Part shown: positions 25,832 through 36,796 of the stretch, in pieces
Position numbering within the stretch: the first letter of the stretch is position 1
Layout: every line of letters starts with the position of its first letter
Source of the DNA: Mesotaenium endlicherianum
Taxonomy: Eukaryota
Direction: 5' to 3'
DNA length: 64,000 bases
NCBI GenBank assembly: GCA_009602735.1
Contig: WELA01003444.1
Span: 6,738 to 70,737, forward strand
Notes under the pieces: generated by a model
Seen by the model: only the letters and a program-made list of their open reading frames with translations
The model's database searches: none
Told to the model about the DNA's origin: nothing
Made by a program: the position numbers and the translations under genes

Positions 25832-27410
25832 TGAAAGTTCTGCGCTGAGTTCTGCAGAGGGGACCTCTGCACCCGCAGATAGGCTTGCACCAGTCTCACT
25901 CAGACACGTCCTTGAGTTGTCCTTACCCTGGATCTAATGTGACCTACTCCACACAAGATCGCTGCTGCCACCTGGCACGTAGTTGCATTCGCCAGCGACC
26001 GAACGTGGAAGGATATTGTGAGGATTGCGGTGCGGATATAAGTTAATGATAGACTATAGTGTGTTGCAAAAGCATATCAGGCTCCATCTTGACACCCCCC
26101 CGAGGAAAAGGGTGGGTCCAAAAACAAGCCAGCACCGATCACTAGGCTCTGAAATCTGAAGATTCTGAACATTGTAAAGTTTCTGCCCCCCTAATGGCGC
26201 ATGGGGCGCTTGGGCCGTCCAATGTGGTGGGGTCCTGGGACCGCTTTTGGCTGGCGGTTCTCTGGTTGAGCTTTACTCCCGAGAAGGTCTGGCGGCAGCG
26301 AGCCCTTCATCCTCACAGCCCAGCTCTAAGAGTCAACGCCTGAAGTCGCCACTTCTTTCTGAAAGTGCCGTCACCCTATGCGGGTACTAGACCCGCGCAC
26401 AGATTGTACGGAGATCAATAGAGTGGAGACATGAGACAGAATTGCAAACGCAAGAGGGGTGGGGGGGGCAGTTAGTGTTGATGAAGCTGCTCTTTCCTTC
26501 GGGAAAGTACATGCCCAGGCTTCATAAGTGGCCCCGCACGAGCAAGCAGGCATGGTGGTAGCATGAGCCGGGTGGGCTTTCGCCTGCAGGCCAGGTCCTG
26601 TCCACATGGCAGCCTCTCCTCTCCCCCTCACTCCAGAGACTCGCGCGCCGCACGTAACACAAAGCTCAGGAGACATTGATGATTCAAGATTGCTCTATTA
26701 TGAATGACTAACTAGTGAATCAATGCACTTAGTTGTACATAAATGTCTATATCTATACATGTGTATGAGTTTGTATATACATAGTTGAATGTCTTTACAT
26801 ATGTATATGTGTATATATTAATATATATGGTTGTGAGAGATACCACTGCAAATGAAGTCCATGTTTTGCCTCCACTCAAGCTAAGAGAATGAACATACTT
26901 GTACTTCCTCCCTCAGCTTTTGCAACAAGACAGATCATTGAGGTGCATGGCACACCCTCTGCATAACATTTCCTTTGTTTTGGGGGGATAAAAATGAAGT
27001 TTAGGTGATCATTGATGTGTGGTTGTGTGGAGAAGTAGCTGTGAAGTTAGAAGTTGCAAGACTGGAACACGTTGCTGCAGACGATTTCCTTGTTGCAAAA
27101 GCTTTTTCTTTAAACAAAACAAGAAATACTCTAGTGATGGCAACGTCACTCAAGGCTTTCTTCTCTTGAAGTTGCGTACTGACATAAAAACATGTGCATT
27201 CATACTACTTTCGAATAATCAACATGGCTTGTTGTTTTTTCTGTATTTGTGAGAAATTCTATTAGCTCTCTTAATTTTTGTGAAAGTTCTGCGCTAGGTT
27301 CTGCAGAGGGGACCTTTGCACCCGCAGATAGGCTCCCCAGGGCTTGCACCAGCCTCACATAAACACCTCCTTGAGACCTCATTACCCTGGAATTAATGTG
27401 GCCTACCTCC
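25832..27410 (+). repeat. Dispersed ~120-130-bp direct repeat pair (25832-25950 and 27281-27410)
   Basis: Both read TGAAAGTTCTGCGCT..GTTCTGCAGAGGGGACCTYTGCACCCGCAGATAGGCT...GCTTGCACCAG...CCTTGAG...TTACCCTGGA..TAATGTG.CCTAC. Confidence 0.85.
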
Positions 27411-27660
27411 TATATCTCCTTCTAAACCTAGATTTTTGAAATGGGACTCATCCTATAGTGCATTTTACGCGTAAACCCAAAGCATATGACATTCTTGCAT
27501 CCTACAAGCAGGATGACAGCGACAGCCCGCTGCGCCCTCGATACAGTACCCTGCCTACCCTATCTCTCACCAGAAACCTATATTGCATCCAAACCGCACA
27601 TGTTAGAGGCAGGCATGCGCGGAAATGGCGTCTGGCGCTAGCTCTGGGGCACTGGGACGG

Positions 27661-29764
27661 CTAAGGCTGGGCTTGGCGGTGGGACCTAGGCCTGGGCCCA
27701 GCCTGGCGAACAGGCAGGGGCCCTGGCTGGCGCGGGGGCAGGGGGCCAGCCTGGCGGACGGGCGGGGGCCCGGGCAGGGGGCCAGCCTGGCGGACGGGCA
27801 GGCGCCCTGGCTGGTGCGGGGGCAGGGGGCCAGCCTGGCGGATGAGCAGGGGGCGGATGAGCAGGGGCCCGGGCTGGCGCGGGGGCAGGGGGCCAGCCTG
27901 GCGGATGGGCAGGGGCCCCGGCTGGTGGAGAGGCTGATGAAGCCCTGGTTGTTGCCGTGGCTGGATTAGGGGCTGCGGTCCAGGCTGGCGCTGGAGCGGG
28001 ACCTGAGGCAATTACAAATGCCAGTCAATGTGGCTTCCGGTCGACAGCATGTTGAAGTCTTGTACGTCACTTCCACTCTAGACGCTCTGCAAGGCGTGCA
28101 TGCAGAAGGGGAAAACGCTGAAATTTGCATGCATGCATGCACTATACCAGAGTAAAATGCGAAGGAATGTGCATGGCAAGAATGAGGGAGCCAATGGCCT
28201 GACATAAGAATATGAGACATGGTATTCTGGTGGAGCCCAGGAGGACACACCTGTTGCGGTGGTGGTGCCACCGCACCGCGAAACGTGACACGTTTATCAT
28301 CGAGAGGCCCTTGCCCTTGCCTGCGCAAGAGCTTGATCTTGTACACCTTGAAGCCCTGGATGCCATTCTGGTAACGGAACTTCACAACATCATATAAGCC
28401 GTCATAGCGATAAACCAGCTTGTCGCTCTCTTCGTCCATCACATAGCGGATGACCCTGACGGGACTCTTATCAATCATGCTTTGCTTCAGGGAGCTATTT
28501 GCTGCCCGGGGCGGCCAATGCTGATCTTCTCGCTGGAGGAGGGTACGCTCATCCTGGCCTCCTTGCCCGGTATAATAAATTATATTCCCGGCGTCAAGGT
28601 CGTCCTGGTAACGACCTTGAAGTATAATGCTTACGCACACAAACTGCCCAATGGGAGTCGTCACGTGTTGAATTCTTGCCCGGGGCTGCCGGTGCATCCC
28701 AATGACAGAAAGTTGCATTCGCCAATCAAATTTGTTGCCAACATTTACACCTGCTCATAAAATGTCCAGCTTTTGGTATAAGCACAATCTGTAGCCAGCT
28801 GTCATGAATTTAACTAGATCACTGAAACATTTCAGAAGTTTGAAGACCAGATTGGATAACAGGAGGTCATCAACAGATGGAAGCAGATGAAGCTATAAGC
28901 TGTAGGAGCTTTCAGATAGTACTGACATCACATATTGCCCCACACAAGGCCATTCTGATTCTATACTAAAACAAATTTAGAAGTTTGAATGAAGACCAGT
29001 TTGGATGACAGGAGGTCATCAACAGATTGAAGCAGATAAAACTAAGCTGTACAAGATTTTCAGATAGTATGACAGGAAAGTCTTTACTGAAACATTTCAG
29101 AAGTTCGAAGGCCAGTTTGAATAAGAGGAGGTCATCAACAGCTTGAAGCAGATGAAGCTAAGCCGTGAGAGACTTCAGATAGTATCATAGGATATTTTAT
29201 ACTTGAACATTTTAGACCTTTGAAGACCAAGTTTGGATAACAGGAGGTCATTAACATATTGAAGCAGATGAAGCTAAGCTGTGGGAAATTTCAGATAGTT
29301 CTGAGATAATATATTGCTGCATACAGGCAATTCTAATGCTATGACGAAGCTAAGCTGCTAGAGGGTTCAGATAGTAGTAAGGTCAGATAATACTGCCCCA
29401 CACAGGCGATCATGATTCTGTACTAAAGCTGTTTGCACAGATCATCTACACGTTCAAAGCTAGAGTTCAGATGGGTAACTACATTGTAGATCAAATAGTG
29501 ACAGATTTCATAATCAAAATCTTTTTATATGACGTAAATTTATGAAATTTTTGTATCGTGTAGCTTCAACATACCTGGTAAGGGCCCAATCCATTGACGT
29601 CCACGCCCGCTCTGATTTAAGGCCAGACCACGGACCTTCACCTTTTCGGTAGCCACTTGGTGAGGTTTTCTCTCATTAAGAGCCTTAGCGGTTTCCAACT
29701 CCTCCTTATAAGCGTCTAGTGCACCCAATACTGCACCTCTCGTGCTAATAACCCGGTTTGCCAT
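27661..29764 (-). CDS. SRA-YDG domain protein, KYP/SUVH4-like N-terminus without SET; 3 exons (29764-29575, 28750-28251, 28002-27661), 343 aa
   Basis: Donors AG|GTATGT (phase 1) and CAG|GTGTGT (phase 0) and CAG acceptors join in frame. The product reads ...WIGPLPG|VNVGNKFDWRMQLSVIGMH...SIILQGRYQDDLDAGNIIYYTGQGG...SPVRVIR...YRYDGLYDV...GFKVYKIKLLRRQGQ, followed by a Q/P/R repeat tail and TAG. Confidence 0.9.
27675..27990 (-). repeat. Coding 24-bp minisatellite encoding RQ[AP]GPLP[PIV] units
   Basis: Plus-strand units such as CAGGGGGCCAGCCTGGCGGAYGGG; frame kept throughout exon 3. Confidence 0.9.
28821..29375. repeat. Intronic tandem repeat, about 4 full copies of ~100-140 bp plus a partial copy
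   Basis: Unit AACATTTCAGAAGTTTGAAGACCAG...AGGAGGTCATCAACAGATTGAAGCAGATGAAGCTAAGCTGT...TTCAGATAGT near 28821, 28965, 29086 and 29200. Confidence 0.9.
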
Positions 29765-31553
29765 GGGAGTATGCTTAGATTACATTCAATCTCTGCTATC
29801 TATAAACCAATATGTAGAAAAGGAACAACAAGCACGTCTACAAGCCAACGAGTGAAACCAGATTGAATGTTCACAGCTATAATGACCACCTTCTACAGAG
29901 AGCGTAAATGCTTGAATAGCTGGAACGAGTCACTACTAGCTGCGGAATGGAGATTGTTCATTCAACGTAAACAAGAATCACAGCTGGAGGAGGCGAGATC
30001 GTTTGGGATTATCTGGGGTGCCTCGTTTCTATTGAGCGTCTTACAAGGCTTCAAAGTAGACGTTGCGTGCCTATTATGGCCGTTGGAGAACACGAAATCT
30101 TTGGGCGACCTTGATTTCGTTATTACTTACATTCAAACGTACATGACATCTAGCTGACAGGCGTGGAACTAAGTCCAAAATAACGCAAGAAAAGACATCA
30201 GTAACGTTTGGATGTAACTAAATCCGCATGTCTTTCCTCGTCAATGCATCAGAGACAAGCTGCCACGTAACATAAAAAGAAAAACGAAGTGTGAAAACTA
30301 ACAATTGCCCGGGCAGGACTACTAGCGTAATGGGCTACAGAGGCGGGCTTTCTCCGAGGCAGCTTGTGCGCTCTATGGCATTCTTGATGTCCGAGATGCA
30401 CCTTCATGGCCTCTAGCATGCTCTAGATCTCTCACCGAGAGGGACATGTCTGGGCACGCCATGAACTGCAGCTGTTTCAAGTGGAGGATCGGTGACATGC
30501 TGAGGGTGCGAGAAAACGAGCTGATGTATGTCTTTTGGCTACTGAAAGATAGGCCAAATGGTCGCCAGACGTTTTAGCTTGATCTTAGTGCCTTTTCAAG
30601 GTGACCCCCGCGCCCATTGCTTTTGGGTTGAATGTATTCCATTAAGGATAGGTTGCTGAGTTCTTTAGCTTGTGAGTTGATTTCTCCTTTCTCAGGTCAA
30701 TAGTGTTAATTGTGCGTTAAGCGAAACTTCACAGCATTTGATAATCTGAAGCATGCGTTTCTGGTCTGGCGTGCTATCCAGCATCATCTTTCCTATCATC
30801 CACAGAGTAAAGGTTCATCCGTGAATAAAGATTGCTGTCAATGTGTGCTGCTAAGACTTCTTCTTCCTACACTGCAATTTCTGAGGTAAGCTCTTATCTG
30901 ACTTCATATATGAAGGCTGACATTACAAAACTTGGACTTTGTGTGAATGCATATCCACCCTGTTGTGTTGTTCAGACTCAAGCTTAGAAGTGTGGGAAAC
31001 GGTTATTCAAAATTCCTACGTGCAGCGTGAAGGTGAAGAAGTTATTTCTAACATATGGCCTCCAAACTTACAATAGTGGACAGCAATCATGGACAGCATA
31101 AGGAGTCCAGTCCCTTGTTGATTGGTGAAGACCTTGTGAATGTGCTAACAGCAAGAGATAATGCGTGCCTGCAACTTGTTGTGACAAATTGGCGTGGACT
31201 CTGCACGCGACATTTGAGAGACAGGGGTTGGAAAGAGGGCCTAATTTCTGAATTCTGGGCGCCAGAACTCAAGTTCCAGGAGCGGTGAAGCAAGAAGGAG
31301 ACAAAATCCCCACCAAGCAACAGAAGTCACCTGAAGCAAGAGCAGGTGATACGCACAGAACTAGGCAATTGCTCAAGCTTGTGTGAAGTTGCAGGATTGA
31401 CAAGATCCATAGCAAGCAACGGTAGGCATCCTGAAGCAAGAGAAGGAGACTGCACAGGTAGAGACAAGCTCGTGTGGAGCTTCTGCGAAGCTGCAAGGCA
31501 AAGGGCTTGATAGAGAGAACCACCAGGGCGGCAGCGGCCGTGATTATGCATAG

Positions 31554-32407
31554 GTGGAGGAAGGAGGCAGAGCGGCAGGAGGAGAAGGAGGAGGAGGAGG
31601 GATTGGAGGATGTGCTCTATGGCACAGATGCAAATGCAAATGGCGGGAAGAGCACGGAGAGCAGCTGCGCAAGGACAGCAGCAGAGAGGACACTGAGATT
31701 CTTCTGAAGCTGACTCACAAGGTCACCTCGTCATGTCTGCCATACACTCGCCACCCCAACCTAGAGCCTTTCCCTCCTTCCCCCCCTTTTCCCCCCCTTC
31801 CCCCTTTTCTTTTGCCCTCTCTTCTTCCCCCTCCCTGTCTCTCTCCGTCTCAGTCCCCCTTTCCCCCCCTTTTCCAACCCCGCCCATCCCCTCTTCTGAA
31901 CATCGGTTCCATCTCTTGCTCGTGAGAGAACCTGTTGAAGTTCTTTTCACTTGGCATTATCCTGATGCTCTAAAGAATCTTACGACGTCTGTGCACATAG
32001 AATGTGTGCGTAGTGTACATGCATGTGAGTACATACATACATACGTACTTTCATGGCCCCATCAGATGTATGATTCATCCATGCTGTCCTGACATACGCA
32101 CGCAGTTGTAAGATACACACGCAGTCATGACGTACACACACATTCGGGACCTATACACGCGCATGCCGTGGGTGACTCACCGCCCACGCAACTAGATGCA
32201 GGAGTTGGAGGAGGCACGGGAGCGCGTGCATGCACTTGAACTGCACATGCATGCATAACTTAATGTACGCATTCCTGGCCCCGGATGCAGGTGCGAGAGT
32301 GGGAGGCGCGCAAGCGCAATTATGCGGCGCTGGGCAACATTGTGGCGTTAGTCGCGCTCTACATGGCTGTGCTGTGCCTGCAGCAGCAGGCCTTCAGGAC
32401 CTATCAG
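31554..32407 (+). pseudogene. Spliced fragment of a membrane protein, possibly the first TM segment of a polycystin/TRP-like channel
   Basis: Phase-0 exons ending at 31721, 32202-32225 and 32291-32407 give ILLKLTHK|ELEEARER|VREWEARKRNYAALGNIVALVALYMAVLCLQQQAFRTYQ. Upstream sequence has stops, the last donor is GC, and no pore region was seen. Confidence 0.4.
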
Positions 32408-34411
32408 GCACACGCGCCCGCGCTCTTTCTCTCCTCCCCCCGCATCTGTGCCTGCGCACCTCCCATCTCTCCCGTCCCTTATTGCAGTCGACGAGGTCAG
32501 GGGAAGCGCGCTGGTAATGTTGCAGCGTCAACCTGGGGCGCGGCGTAAGAGATTTGAGAGCACCGGAGCTCCACTGGGTGCCGAGTGCTCCTGCCGTTCC
32601 GTCCACCTGGCCTTGCTTTCCCTCTCACTCTCTCTTTGTCTCTATGACTGCCTGTGCCTGTGCCTGTGCTCAAGTGCGCCTGCGCCTGTGACGCTGTCTG
32701 TGAGCGGACATGCTTGTGATTGTGCCTGGGCATATGTGCCTGGACACAACAGATGGCGTTGCCTGCTAGCCCGTGCACTGTGGCTGGGCATGTGTGGTGG
32801 GACTGCGTATGCCACGCGGTGTTGCCTGCCAGCCTGTGCCTGGAAAGCCTGGCCAAGCCTGACGGCTGGCACTGCCTGTGAGTGCCCCTGTGCCGGGGAG
32901 CCGTACGTAGCAGGGATGTCATGCATTGATGTGGACAGCTCCTGAAGCACCACTTGGCGGTGCCCTATTGATGGTTGGAGCTACTTCTTTGACACCAACC
33001 TTTCCCACCCACCCACCTCGTCGCTGCCTTGGACCAACAACTCCTTTGGCAGCCCGTTCATCAACAAGGCTGGCAACTACATCGGTGCGCCCTGATCCCA
33101 GCCAACCCGTACATTAATGGGTGCACATGCATGTAGCCTCACAGGAAGCCGATGTGCACGCTTGTGTGCTGGGTGTGTTTGTGAGCGTGCCTGGGCGCGC
33201 GCGCGCGTGTGTGTTTGTGTGTGTTGTGTGAGTGCATGTGCTTGCCATAGTGGTTGGGGCATGACACATCCCAGCAATTTCAAGCCATTGAGCGTGCTTG
33301 CCTCCAGGCTCTCGCTGCGTGCCCTTGCGCATGCGTTTGCATGCGTGCTTGCAGTATAGCACGGACAGTTTGTGTTGAGATTGCCAGCTGGCGAGAAGGC
33401 ATAGAAGCTGGCCACTACGACATGGGGCAGCGTGACTGATTGCTTGCACCCATCTTTCACCCACTCCTCTACCTTCTCCCCCCCTTCTCCCGGCTTGCCC
33501 CCCACACTCACCCATCCCGTTTCCTGTCCTCCCTGTCCTCCCCATGCGATTTTTTCATGGCAGAAAACTCTGGTCTTCCATAATTTAGCTGGTATGCTGA
33601 ATGTACATGCGCGTGCTCAGCCTCTAACTTCTGCCTGGCACTTGATCAAGGTCCTGACACTTTCCTTCTTTACTTATTCTGCCTGCCCATGCAGTGCATG
33701 CAGGCCCCAGCTGCTGCGGGTGTGCCCACTGCCACGTGGCGATGGCCCTCAAGGTGCGTCAAACCTAGGGATAGACAGGCCTCTTGCCACGGCTGGCCTG
33801 TTGACGTTGGCACCAAAGAGTTACTACTAGCATGCATCTGGTATGTGGAAATTTGAAACAAGGGTCTCTCACTAAGTGCGAGCATCTCATTGTATACACA
33901 TTCTGGACTTTGCTTTTTTCTGTTTTGGCCCGAGGTCCAGGTCAACGCGTGGTTTTTTGGTACGGTGCTCTTGCTGCTGGATGGGTCATTGAGTATTGCG
34001 ATAACCACGCAGGTAGGCCTGATGGTGCTGAGCATGGTAGCCACAGAGGGAGAGTTGCAGGTCCATTGAAGGCCGCTTAAGTTCATTACATTATAGCACC
34101 CAGCAACGCATGATTGGAATGTGTATAACTTTGGTCACTAAGATAACCATCTGAAAGTCCAGATTTCTCCAAGAAAAACCTCTACAATATATGCACTGGC
34201 CAGCTTTATGTGGAACTAAAGTGACTGCGCTGGCCGGCCGTGTTTGACCAATGGGGCTCATATTGGGAGTTCACTTGTCCAAATAAATTCTTATTGTGGC
34301 CTCCAAAATGCAAGTCTAAATTGTAGCTAAAATATTGAATATTCCCTAGCAACTTGCAAGCTTCATCCCAGCATGTGAACTGAGTGAACGCCTGAGGGAC
34401 TAGCAAGCACC

Positions 34412-35006
34412 ATTGAAGACATGTCATTTTGCATTCATCAGCAGCGCGTCGTATAGTTTATCTTTCACACTATTTGAAGTGCCCAAAGACTCTAGGTCCT
34501 ATCAATGAAGTTGTTGCATTTTCCAAAGTGACAAGCTTTAGTTATATGCAACAAAGAGCTTTTGGCGCGTACGTACTTTCAGACATATAATTCATTCATA
34601 AGCTCTTAGCTAGAGTGTTCTTTCTTTCTGCGCGCCGTGCATGCATAGTAGAAATGTCAGCATCAGAAACTTTCAAGCAGTTTTAACTGCAATCAAAGAG
34701 AGCACTATAATTGAAGACATGTCATTTTGCATTCATCAGCAGCGCGTCGTATAGTTTATCTTTCACACTATTTGAAGTGCCCAAAGACTCTAGGTCCTAT
34801 CAATGAAGTTGTTGCATTTTCCAAAGTGTCAAGCTTTAGTTATATGCAACAAAGAGCTTTTGGCGCGTACGTACTTTCAGACATATAATTCATTCATAAG
34901 CTCTTAGCTAGAGTGTTCTTTCTTTCTGCGCGCCGTGCATGCATAGTAGAAATGTTAGCATCAGAAACTTTCAAGCAGTTTTAACTGCAATCAAAGAGAG
35001 CACTAT
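34412..35006. repeat. Near-perfect 298-bp tandem duplication
   Basis: 34412-34709 versus 34710-35006. Two internal substitutions seen (GTGACAAG/GTGTCAAG, ATGTCAGC/ATGTTAGC). Confidence 0.95.
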
Positions 35007-36796
35007 GATATAACTGCAAAATAAAACTGCTCTCAATCTTGATTTCAATGTTGTCAATAAAGCTTAATGGATTTTTAAGGAACAACGAGCCCAAGCAAGT
35101 TGGCTTCAATACATCTTAAATGGAATATACCATAACGACCTATGTAACGACCATATTCTTATTGAAAAAAAAAGGTCAACACCCAACGGAGTTTTAATTT
35201 GTAGAAGAAAGATCAGGCTTTCTTGAATAGAAGTAATTGAATGAAACAGTTGTTTTGTTGATAGATTTGATTCTTGATACATGTGAAGTCAAAGTGACGA
35301 AGATGGTTCAATTGACCAAAGTTTGCTAAAAGCGCTAGGAGTTGACTAGTCAATCTATCCAGTAGTTGGACTAGTCTACTCTGCATAGAGAGCGGATTTT
35401 CCGCTATCGATCAGTGCTGACTTAGGCTGACTCATCAAGACTGATTATGTCAAGTCTACCATGTACGTATCAGCTGAAAGCTACTTCATGAAACAAGTTC
35501 TCATTCTACCAAGTTTTGCATACATGCACCTACAGCTGTTCTAACAGCACCTTTAGTTTGTTATGGTGCACAAAAGGCGTGAGGTGGGCTATATTTATTC
35601 AAATCATTCTTGACTCAGTAGTGTCCTTTCCAGAACAATTTTGGTTGAAGTGGACTCTAAAAGCAGCTGTCTTGCGGTGTTCTAGCTGCCCCATGCATTG
35701 GCAAATAGACCACTCTAAGACCTCGGAAAAAGATAGATGTTAATGATTTCTTCTCATTGCGTTAGTTTGCGCCGTAGTCTTAGAAAGCGAATCCTTTTTT
35801 CAAGGCCAAGATATGAAAAATTAAGCTCTTGCTGCAGCCAATGGTGCCTGTTGTGGGTGCATTCATGGCTGTGGCTGCGTCCCCCATCACTATTCTTGTG
35901 GAAGTTGCACGATATGAATACTACAAATCATCGCTTTTGTAGCTACTCGTCAACACTTGAGCATCTCAGTATGAGTCAGTCGAGAGCTTCCTCACGTCCC
36001 ATTCAATAATTTTGGGTGTTTGTAGCACACAAGCACTTGCATGACCTTCAAGACTTACTGAAAGACATAAAATAAACTTCTTGATAGGGAGAGCCCACTC
36101 CATTTTCAATCTTCCTCAAACTTCCTTTATCTTCCTACAGTCTAGCAATTTGCCATTGATCTCTCAATTGTGCAAAAAAGCCATTCTTTTTACCGTTCTT
36201 TGAGACACTATCATCTTTACATACCTTTTTATTTGCATCTTCTAACCATCAACGTGACCTGCAATTCTTGTGCTTTAGTCGCCCAGGAGATCTTTACACA
36301 CACGCTTGTGTCGGTTCACCTGCGTCGCCGATCTGCTTCTCGTGTGACCCAAACGCGCAGTCTAAAATGTACCAGTTGCGACACACTTGCAGGTTTGATT
36401 TTCATCATGATTAACATGATTTGTTCATATTGGCAAAATGTGGTGTTGTTAAAATAAATGAGAAATGGTGCCATTTGTCGATCAGGCGACCAATTTCGAC
36501 CCAGGGATAAGGACGAGAAAGGATGACGACGATAGGAGTTTCTGTATAAACTGTTCTGCTGCATTCTGATCAAGAACTGAGAAAGCTTGGAGTTTCTGCG
36601 ACAAAGCTTACATACGGTTAGCGTGTAAGTCGAGATTTCACAGGCTGGAGAAGCTGCGTTGTGTGCTTGAAAGCCTATTTGTGTCTTCAAGTTGTCCAAG
36701 TCTGTTGTAGTCCATTCAGAGCGGCTGGAGGATCCTGAGCGTAATAAGGAATTTGCCGTGTAGGAGTGACACAGGTCTCGTGCAAGAGCAGCAGCC

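Noticed and set aside
28821..29375. CRISPR-like array
   Set aside because: The units are long, diverged tandem copies without unique spacers, inside a spliceosomal intron, with no cas genes.
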